In this document: piece after piece, positions 53,479 to 64,000 of the stretch
Position numbering within the stretch: position 1 is the first letter of the stretch
Layout of the letters: each line of letters opens with the position of its first letter
Assembly (NCBI GenBank): GCA_951406725.2
Contig: OX597816.1
Span: forward strand, 169,198,001 to 169,262,000
DNA: 64,000 nucleotides
Direction of reading: 5' to 3'
DNA from: Octopus vulgaris
Lineage: Eukaryota
Notes under the pieces: model-generated
What the model was told of the DNA's origin: nothing
The model's input: the letters and a program-made list of their open reading frames with translations, nothing else
Database searches by the model: none
Program-made: the position numbers and the translations under genes

Positions 53479-54606
53479 CAGGCTTCTTTCGGTTTTCGTC
53501 TACCTAATCCACTTGGTCGGCCCGAAGCTATAGTAGAAGACACTTGCGCGTATTATTTAATATAGACATTTAATATAAGATCCCAAACAGAATTTCTTTT
53601 CCAGGTTTCTCCAATTAGTTAAATAATGATTCCAGAGAACCATCAGGTGAACATATTGGAATAGAAACTACGTATCTATATATTCTATTGAAACTTCCAT
53701 CATATGAGCAGCTCCCTCTTATGATGCGCTCGAATATACTAGTGATAATTAACGGCTAAGCCATATAATTACTTTGTGGGCAACTTTTGCATCGCAAAAA
53801 TACAAAGGAAATCTCTCTGGGAGTGTAGGATACAACTGAGCAAGTAGCCGGTCCTGGAACTTTAAGTGAAATAAATGGATGATTGAACGTCACTTGATCG
53901 GCATACGATACAGATACAATTGGTTTATAAACAGGAACGAACAAAGATACAAAGCGGTTATTTGATATATATATATCTCAATGAGAAGAAAGCTGCTTTT
54001 GAAAGGTGGTGAGTGAAGAAGACACTTTAGAGTTATATATGGTGGACGAATAAAAGTCGGTAGAAGTACATATATATTGTAAAAAGAGGATCACATGCGG
54101 TCGCATTGAGTAGGGAATACGATCGCATGTGGTCATATTCTTAATGATATATTACAAGCCATAAATACATGCAGTAACAATAGAACATAAGTGGATCGAC
54201 AACAAGTCTTCTGTTTGAGATATAAACATTATTTATTTTACATATTTTACAATTGTGTCAACGTCAGGAGCTGGTAAGCGTTAGCATGGTTTCGTGTCTG
54301 TGTGTTCGGTGGTGCCTCAGCACGGCCGGCTGCAGTTTAATAAATGCAACAAGTAAAAAAGGGAACAAATCTGGCATCCACACGTTCAACTAAAAATTCT
54401 TCTAGGTGGTATCCCAGCATGGCCACAATCTAATGACTGAAGCAAATAAAAGGTGCAAAAAAAAAACAAAACGAAAAACAGAAACCGAAATATAAAACCA
54501 TAGGGCTTTTGTCAACTTTCACACTTTTGTCCGAGGAGCTTTTGTCCGAGGGGCTTTTATCCTAGGGGGCTTTTGTTCAAGGAGGCTTTTGTCCAGATCC
54601 CATATA

Positions 54607-54653
<47 letters not shown>

Positions 54654-55127
54654 TGTTATTCTCCTTGTCCTGTCTTTTACTGTTTATATTTTGTACTGTC
54701 GTTACTGTCCTATTTTTGTTACCATTTTTACACCTCCGCAAAAAGATCTCAAATTTTATTTAATTTGCTTTTCGTGGGAAGGAAAGTTTCAATCTAAGAT
54801 GCGTCTCGCCTTCACCTTCGAAACGCAGAGTAGATGAAACCATGGCGACTGAAGAAGGGGAATTTTCCTTGTGTTATTTGTCCTGTACTCTATTTTTCGT
54901 TGTTTAAGGAAAATGTCCAGTTCCTTGGTTTTGTGTTTATGTTTTCGTTTCTCATTGTGTTCGACGTCTTTTTGGTGTCCTGTACCCATATATGCATGTA
55001 TATATACATGCAGAGGTAGGTACGTACATATATGTATATATATGCATATGTTTTATTTTATTTATTGAGTACCGCTGGCGATTTTTTTTCCTCTGTCTTC
55101 CCTTCTCGGGATCTTTCCTTCTCCTAT

Positions 55128-55162
55128 GTTTCCGACGAAGAGCTCCGCTCGAAACGTTAAAC
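55128..55162 (+). ncRNA. Minimal hammerhead motif (U4>C)
   Basis: GTTT CCGACGA A GAGC TCC GCTC GAAAC GTT AAAC; downstream TCCTGAGCG tail shared with the 36929 element. Confidence 0.6.
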
Positions 55163-55256
55163 CCTCCTTCTTCCCTTCTTTCCTGAGCGTCCAATAATAC
55201 TTTATTTGTTCCACGTCCTCGCGTTGTTGTTTTTTTTTGTGTTTTCTTGTTTGGAT

Positions 55257-55342
<86 letters not shown>

Positions 55343-55413
55343 ACAATTGTAGCATGGAAGGTGTTTATAAGCCATTTAAGAAACACACAAAAACCGTTAT
55401 AGATTCACTTCAA

Positions 55414-55464
55414 CTTGTCAAAATATTTTCGTCGCTCTGAGACCGAGACCTGTTCATTGACAAA
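55414..55464 (-). ncRNA. Hammerhead-like variant (N3/C8) in the spacer of a short fold-back (55343-55506)
   Basis: Minus strand TTTGTCA ATGAACA G GTC..GAC GAA AATATTT TGACAAG; 7-bp helix I, palindromic helix III. Confidence 0.45.
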
Positions 55465-55568
55465 ATTCCGTGGTGGGTTTATAAACACCTTCCACGCTGC
55501 AATTGTTTTCGTTCCAGCACACGATCTCAGATTAGGTCACTTGCTATGCAAGTACATCTCCGTTATAT

Positions 55569-55599
<31 letters not shown>

Positions 55600-55762
55600 C
55601 GTATATGGGATCTGGACAAAAGCATCCTAGAACAATAGTTGTTGCCTCTCTAAAAGAGAATGACTCTTTCCAGACACAACAGAATATACTTCAACACACG
55701 AACTCACATAAAGACATAAATAATCTTGAAAATGAAATCCAAAACCGAAATATATATATATT

Positions 55763-56162
<400 letters not shown>

Positions 56163-56164
56163 GA

Positions 56165-57535
56165 TATATATAAAAGAATTATATATAACACGGACTCTTT
56201 TTCAAAGACATCAGCTTTGCTAAAAATAGGAGTCAAAACACTTCGAAGCCACAAAAGTTAACACTATATTTTCGCAGGTATGGTTGGAAAAAAAAATTAA
56301 GTCAAATATGGATTGCATCATTTCCCTGTAAAATTGCAAGAAGGTTCACTTGATATCATGATTTCGAATTAAGCACCAAAAACACGCTTGATTCTTCTCA
56401 GTCAAATCTGCTAGTAACAAACTCTTATATATCACTTTCAACCAATGCCTGTGTTCGTTTCAGTGCCGAAGCCGCACTGAGGAAAAAACGAATGATATGA
56501 ATACAATTGTTTCACAAAAATGAATAGAGAACATTAATACTCATAAGATGTATTAATGTTAGTGGTCGCAAGCTAAAGACGCATAGGCAAAATTAATAGA
56601 TTTTAATAAAAATATTAAATGCATTAATAAAAGAATTATAGGATCTTTCCGGTTTGAACGGCAGTTTTTTCTAGCGGTGTCATATGAAATTGGCACCCAT
56701 AATTATGACCCTAGTATCGATCTATTGCATTTCAATCTATTTTAGGGTTAGGGTTAGGGTTAGGGGTGGGAGAAAGGGTATCTTTTTTTCTTCAGAAATG
56801 TAAATAAATCCAATCTGTTTCTTAAACGAGGGACATATTCATACGGCACAGAATGTTTTCATCTCAATAGACGTCAGTGATTGGTTGAAATTGCAGAAAT
56901 TGAAGAAAAACAACAACAAATATCTTACAAACTATAGAATTTTCTCAATAAAGCCAAGAGAAAAATATGTTTTATAAACACATTCTACCAGTATACGAAG
57001 TTTAAAACTTTTTAGTTACCTAGAAATTATGTTAAAAACTGCCGTTCAAACCGAAAAGATCCGAATTATATATATCAAGGGCGTTTTTTCAAAGACATCA
57101 GCTTTGCTAAAAATAGGAGTCAAAACACCCCGAAGCCACAAAAGTTAACACTATATTTTCACGACATGGTTGGAAAAAAGACTTAAGTGAAATAAGGATT
57201 GCGTTTTATCTCTGCGAAATTGCAAGCAGGAATGTCAGTTAATGATTTCGAATTTAGCGCCAAAAACACACTTGATTCTCCTCAGTCAAGTCTACTAGTA
57301 AGAGGTAAGACGCAATCCTTATTTCACTTAATTTTTTTGCAACCATACCTCTGAAAATACGATGTTAACTTTCGTGGTTTCGGAGTGTTTTGACTCCTAT
57401 CTTTAGCAAAGCCGGTGTCTTTGAAAATGTGCCCTTGTTATATATAATCCTTTTATATATATTGATTTTGCTCATACGGTTTTAGCTTGCGGACACTAAC
57501 ATTACTACATCTTATGAGTATTAATGTTCTGTAGT
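56165..57535 (-). mobile_element. Older tandem (~457-bp period after MITE removal) plus inverted HHR-bearing element
   Basis: CAAAGACATCAGCTTTGC at 56203 and 57090; ~57308-57535 inverted; HHR-like 56348-56407 (ATTTGA CTGAGAA GAAT..ATTC GAAA TCATGA TA TCAAGT) and ~57232-57291 (CTGAGGA core). Confidence 0.75.
56641..57062. mobile_element. MITE (GGATC TIR family)
   Basis: TIRs; 8-bp TSD GAATTATA; (TTAGGG)4. Confidence 0.9.
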
Positions 57536-57537
57536 TT

Positions 57538-57594
<57 letters not shown>

Positions 57595-57597
57595 ATG

Positions 57598-57629
<32 letters not shown>

Positions 57630-57645
57630 TGTATGTATGTATGTA

Positions 57646-58106
<461 letters not shown>

Positions 58107-58128
58107 TTAAAAAAAAAGAGAGAGAGAG

Positions 58129-58184
<56 letters not shown>

Positions 58185-58699
58185 AAGAGAGTGGTTATAA
58201 GGGGTTGCTTAAACCTGAATTCCGCCGATTTTTTTCTTCTTAACACGTTTACAGGAGAATTGTTAGGAAACCATCAGTGCCTCCCGTTCAATTTATACTT
58301 ATTTTGTCTATAGCAACTAACTCTGTTTTTCTTTCTGAAACTTCTTCATATCGATTTAACCTTTTGCTTGTGTGCCAGTGGCATCTTGAATATACTATTG
58401 TATATAAATAGAGTCACACGAAACAGCGTTGAAGGGCTTCCCAAATATTCGTATGCTCGAGATTGTTGAATATGATACTTGTACATACAAACATATAAGC
58501 AGAGATGTGTGCATGCGTAGCTACATACAATCTTCTTAAACAATCTCAGTATATTTTCAACGTCTATTATTTCATGCGCGCGTACAAACACACGTGTGTG
58601 TGTGTATATGCTTCTGCATATGTATAGATGTATGTATGTATGTATGTATGTATGTATGTATGTATGTATGTATGTATGTATGTATGTATGCTTATATCT

Positions 58700-59096
58700 C
58701 TTTTTCTCTTTTACTTTTTCAGTCATTTGACTGCGGCCATGCTGGAGCACCGCCTTTAGTCGAGCAAATCGACCCCGGGACTTATTCTATGTAAGCCTAG
58801 TACTTATTCTATCGGTCTCTTTAGCCGAACCGCTAAGTAACGGGGACGTAAACACACCAGCATCGGTTGTCAAGCAATGCTAGGGGGACAAACACAGACA
58901 CACAAACATACACACACACACACACATATATACGACAGGCTTCTTTCAGTTTCCGTCTACCAAATCCACCCACAAGGCTTTGGTCAACCCGAGGCTATAG
59001 CAGAAGACACTTGCCCAAGATGTCACGCAGTGGTACTGAACCCGGAACCATGAGGTTGGTAAGCAAGCTACTTACCACACAGCCACTCTTGCGCCT
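58700..59096 (-). mobile_element. CORE-type SINE family A
   Basis: Matches the family. Confidence 0.9.
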
Positions 59097-59491
59097 GTAT
59101 ATGCATGTATATGTGTGAGTGTATGCATGTATATGCGTGAGTATAATTGAGTATGTGTCTTGTGTGAATATGCATATACGAGTGTACACATTGAGCTTTA
59201 ACGTGATAATATATATTGCAGCTGAATGTATCTATATGTTGCCTTTGGTCGGCCCAAGGCTATAGTAGAAGACACTTCCTCAAGGTACCACGCAGTGTGA
59301 CTGAACTCAGAACCTCGAGGTTGGTAAGCAAGCTCCTTACCACACAGATATACGTATATGAATAAGCAACATATGCTTGTATGTTCGTGTGTGTGTGTGT
59401 GTGTGTGTGTATACATATAAATCCATACATGTATATATATACACACACAAACACACTACATTATATTCCTAATGAGGTGATTAAGAATATA

Positions 59492-60767
59492 TTGGGTTGG
59501 TAACTAAGTTCCCACCGCTTTTTAAAAAATTTTGGAATCTATTTTTTTCGAGAATTCTATTTTTGAATCATTTTGGAATCTATTTTGTTTTGTTTTTTCT
59601 AATTAATTTCAGTTAATTTTTGTCTATTTTCAGATCATTAAAATGGAATGTCAAGTTAAGGAAAACGAGCATTTTCGACACCTCCTTCTTTTTGCTTATA
59701 ATCAAGATTCTAACGCCGCAAAAGCTGCTCGCAACGTTTGTGCTGTGTATGGAGAGGGTGCCATAGCTGAAAGAACCGCTCTTTATTGCTATGCCAAGTT
59801 CAAAAATGGATATTTTGACCTCAAAGACGCACCTCGTTCTCGCCGTCCAGTTGTGTTCGACGAAGAGCGATTAAACCAACTTTTGCCTGAAAATTTTCGT
59901 AAGACGACAGGAGAACTGGCAGAGAAAATGGAATGCTTCCACACTGCTATAGAGAAGCATCTTCACACGATGGGAAAGGTTCAGAAGTATGGAGCTTGAG
60001 TTCCGCATGCTTTAGGGTGACAACAACAAAAACCAACGAGCCACAATCTCCGCTGGTTTGCTTCCTCGTCACCGCTCAACTCATGGACACAAGCAACGAT
60101 TTATTTACCAAATTGTTACTGGTGACGAAAAATGGAGCCTGTACTTCAATATGAAGCAGGGTAAGGAATGGCTTAGCCCCGGTAAACAAGCGACGCCGCG
60201 CGTGAAACAAGGTCTTCATCCGCGTAAGACGATGTTGTGCGTATGGTGGGACTGGGAAAGGATTATCCGTTACGAATTGCTTGAACGGAACCAAACGGTC
60301 AACACGGAACTCTATGTTCAACAGATGGAACGACTCAACACGGCTATTCAAGAGAAAAGACATAATCGGCAGCGTGGGCTTCTTCTGCTGCATGACAACG
60401 CCCGCCCTCATATCGCCAATTTGACCAAGAAAGCCATTCAAAACCATGGCTGGGAGGTGCTGCCACACCCGCCGTACTCTTCTGAATTGGCACCAACGGA
60501 TTTCCACCTCTTTCGATCTCTTTGAAATGCTATGCACGGAGTTTCGTTCAATATTGATGCAGAATTGAGAGCTTAGTTGGATCAGTTTTTCGAGTTGAAA
60601 TCGGGTGATTTCAAGTCAATGAGATATTGAAAATCTTGTTGAACGTTGGGAAGAAGTTGTAAACAACAAGGGTGAATACATTATTGATTAATTAGTTGTT
60701 ATTTTTTATTAAACCTTTAAAAAAACTTAAATTTAAAAAAACGGCGGGAACTTAGTTGCCAACCTAA
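59492..60767 (+). mobile_element. Full-length mariner transposon, defective
   Basis: TIRs TTGGGTTGGTAACTAAGTTCCC / GGGAACTTAGTTGCCAACCTAA with TA flanks; ~1.28 kb. Confidence 0.95.
59643..60691 (+). pseudogene. Mariner D,D34D transposase pseudogene
   Basis: EHFRHLLL, IVTGDEKW, HPRKTMLCVWWD, HDNARPH, HPPYSSELAPTDFHLF; in-frame stops and frameshifts. Confidence 0.95.
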
Positions 60768-62758
60768 TATATAAAGATACAGAAAAGAAATTGGTGAATG
60801 ATAGAGATCACCATAACTGTTAGAATAAATACATGAAGGTATACTTTAACACATGGAATAGTAGGATAAATCTTTGTAATAGATATAGTGATAGAAAAAA
60901 GATGTGCAACTGTGAAAAAACTGTAATTAATGGAAATAATGATATGAAAAGTGAGAATAACAGTGTGTAACTCGGGGGCAAACTTACTGTAATATCGATG
61001 CAGCGTATGAATTATAATAAGGATAATAATGATATTGATAGTAGTAATAATAATGCCAGTGGCAATAAATTGGATGATAATGGAGATGATAATAATGGTA
61101 GTTCTTATAAAAGAATGAATGATGGAAATATATTAAGAAATAGTAACTACAATAAGAACCTAGAAGCGGAGAGCCTGCTTGACACAGATTACATGTTAGA
61201 GTGCCCACATGGAGAACAAATAGCTGCCGATATGTCAGGAACACTCTTCATGGCCCTGGACAAGAATTTCCCTTCATCAACTAAATAAAGTTGATCAACT
61301 AAATTTAATAGACAATCGGTTAAATTTGCCTATTGAACTACGAAAAAACTTGGCTGAAAGTATTGCAGATCATAATAGCAGGAAGTTAAAGGAGTTTGTT
61401 GAAATGAATTTAGCCAAATCAATAAATAATAATAATAGTAATTGGAATGATAGGAGCAATGATATTAATATTGGTTATAATAATATTAATAACAGTGTAA
61501 ATGATAACGATGATGGTAACGATTATGGTAGCAACAATCGGAGTAGTAGTAATAATAATGTTGATAAAAATATTGATAGAAAACTACCTCGTATTACACA
61601 AAATAATTCTGAAATATCCAGCTCGAAGGTAAGAAACTGGCAAAGTCCATGCTGTTTTCACTTCAGCTTAGAAGCTACTAAGACGTCAAGAATAAAAGAA
61701 ACTTGTTAGGGTTCTAGCTTGTTACTGATGTTTGGGGATCGGTTATGATTTATAGTCCAAGTTTATCAAATCTTTGTATATCAAAATCAAAGACAATAGA
61801 CCAGTGTCTGTTAGGCAAGGGTATGAAGGAGATGACAGAATCATAGTGGGTATAGTTATAAAACTTATCAAGAAATAGTATAAAGTAACTGGCTATAATG
61901 AGGTTTGGTAAAGGAAGATCTTAAATCAAGGGGTTAATTACCAGTTAAAGGGGCAAGACCAATAAAACCAATGATGATAATACAAGGAACATTTTTATCA
62001 TGAGGTACTATAGAAGAATGATTTAAACAATATTGTTATATTGTATAACGATAAAAATTTAGGGTTATCAAAAAATATTAAGAAAATATAACCAAAATGA
62101 TAAATTTTTGAATAATTTTGTGTATATACCAAAATTTACAGCAATAGAGAAAAAATTACATAGAATTAGTTTCATATTTATTCATATACTTAAATATTGT
62201 TACGTAGTTTCTATGAAGATTGATAACTTGCATTTACTGGCAATTTAATAAAGGAATACCGGGGCGATAGAACAGGCTAACTATATAATAATAATTATAA
62301 TATAAGAGGTATATTATAAGTTGTGGAGTTTCTGGTGCTGTTATATATAGACTAATATAAATTTCTCGGGGTATAAACATTAGGTTTACTTACATAAAGG
62401 CTATTCTAAAAATAATAATATGATCAGTAGGGTAGACCACCATAGAAAAAAATAAATAGTTTAATCACTAAAAACCATATATATATACCTTATTATCATC
62501 AATAGAAAAGAGATCATATAGAATTTGTTTAATAATTCAATAATTTAAACTAAATTATTTATTTATTAGTTATTATTTATAAGATGGTATCTATAACGAC
62601 CGATACCTGGTATTTATTAGAAGAATATTGAGGCTAAAGAACATGCAAACTATATATTAATTATAAACTGAGAGATGTAAAAGTTTCCAGAGCTAATACA
62701 TACATGATAATATAGCTTCTTAGAGGTACGTAATTAGGATGGCCACTTACATAAATGT

Positions 62759-63152
62759 GGAGGCGCAATGGCCCAGTGGTTAGGGCAGCGGACTCGCGGT
62801 CGTAGGATCGCGGTTTCGATTCCCAGACCGGGCGTTTGTGAGTGTTTATTGAGCGAAAACACCTAAAAGCTCCACAAGGCTCCGGCAGGGGATGGTGGTG
62901 ATCCCTGCTGTACTCTTTCACCACAACTTTCTCTCACTCTTACTTCCTGTTTCTGTTGTACCTGTATTTCAAGGGGCCGGCCTTGTCACTCTCTGTGTCA
63001 CGCTGAATATCCCCGAGAACTACGTTAAGGGTACACGTGTCTGTGGAGTGCTCAGCCACTTACACGTTAATTTCACGAGCAGGCTGTTCCGTTGATTCGG
63101 ATCAACCGGAACCCTCATCGTCGTAACCGACGGAGTGCTTCCACTCCACCCA
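62759..63152 (+). mobile_element. tRNA-derived SINE (head B, tail 1), full length
   Basis: 16-bp TSD CCACTTACATAAATGT. Confidence 0.92.
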
Positions 63153-63487
63153 CCACTTACATAAATGTCTTTATAAAATGAACAGGAGAGTGGAACACTA
63201 TAGAAGGGATAAAGAGTTTAATTTCTAAAACCATGATGAAGCTAGACTAACTAGGCAGGAATATTCATAGGATAGTATACTAACTTCATGTAGCACACTG
63301 ACTTACTATACTATATAGTTTATACTATATGCAAGGCACTTTAATACCTCATGTAACTGAACATCACCTGATTTATATATATATATTTTGATTTTATTCA
63401 ACCTTATTTTGAAATTGTACGGATAATACCGCACTAATTTTTGGTGCCTCAGCTTAAGTACCTAATTCATCTGAATCTCAATTATAC

Positions 63488-63722
63488 CTATTTCTTTATT
63501 ATCCACAAGGGGCCAAACACAGAGGGGACAAACAAGGACAGACATAGGTATTAAGTCGATTACATCGACCCCAGTGCGCAACTGGTACTTAATTTATCGA
63601 CCCCGAAAGAATGAAAGGCAAAGTCGACCTCGGCGGAACTTGAACTCACAACGTAACGGCAGACGAAATACCGTTAAGCATTTCGCCCGGCGTGCTAACG
63701 TTTCTGCCAGCTCGCCGCCTTT
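63488..63722 (-). mobile_element. Meta-type SINE (family M), full length
   Basis: Head, core and tail as 35734-35966; TSD-like TCTCAATT(A/G)TAC. Confidence 0.9.
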
Positions 63723-64000
63723 TCTCAATTGTACATACATACATACATACATACATACATACATACATACATACATACATGCATGCATGCATGCATGCAT
63801 GCATGCATCCATCCATCCATCCATCCATCCATCCATATATATATATATAAAAGGGTAAAGACCCCCTTCGGTCATGAATGACCATGGGATTGCACCTAGA
63901 AAGTTACCCTCCTAGACACAAGTCCGGGCAAGGTTGTTTATGGAAGACCAGCAGTCGCCCATGCAAACCAGCCTCCTCTCCACGCCACCAGTGTTATCCA

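Overview
AT-rich, gene-free eukaryotic DNA made almost entirely of repeats. The SINE repertoire and microsatellite density point to a cephalopod, probably Octopus (inference). No host exon, tRNA or rRNA gene, or CRISPR array is supported. The window holds several tRNA-derived SINE families, 5'-truncated LINEs (CR1/Jockey-group, L1/Tx1, RTE, R4/Dong and CRE remnants), a full-length but defective mariner, non-autonomous Helitrons and an 8-bp-TSD MITE with internal telomere-like repeats. The main hidden signal is about 20 type-I hammerhead ribozyme (HHR) motifs, read by eye, in about 14 mutually dissimilar non-coding repeat families. Most sit in (TA)n tracts and share one architecture: tandem units and/or an inverted copy of the sequence 3' of the ribozyme appended at the 5' end. 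This matches non-autonomous Penelope-like (pLTR/retrozyme-type) elements, and a GIY-YIG Penelope remnant is present. Several cores vary at the 3-8 base pair, and one element joins a tRNA-type Pol III head to an HHR tail. All folds were done manually and ribozyme activity is untested.
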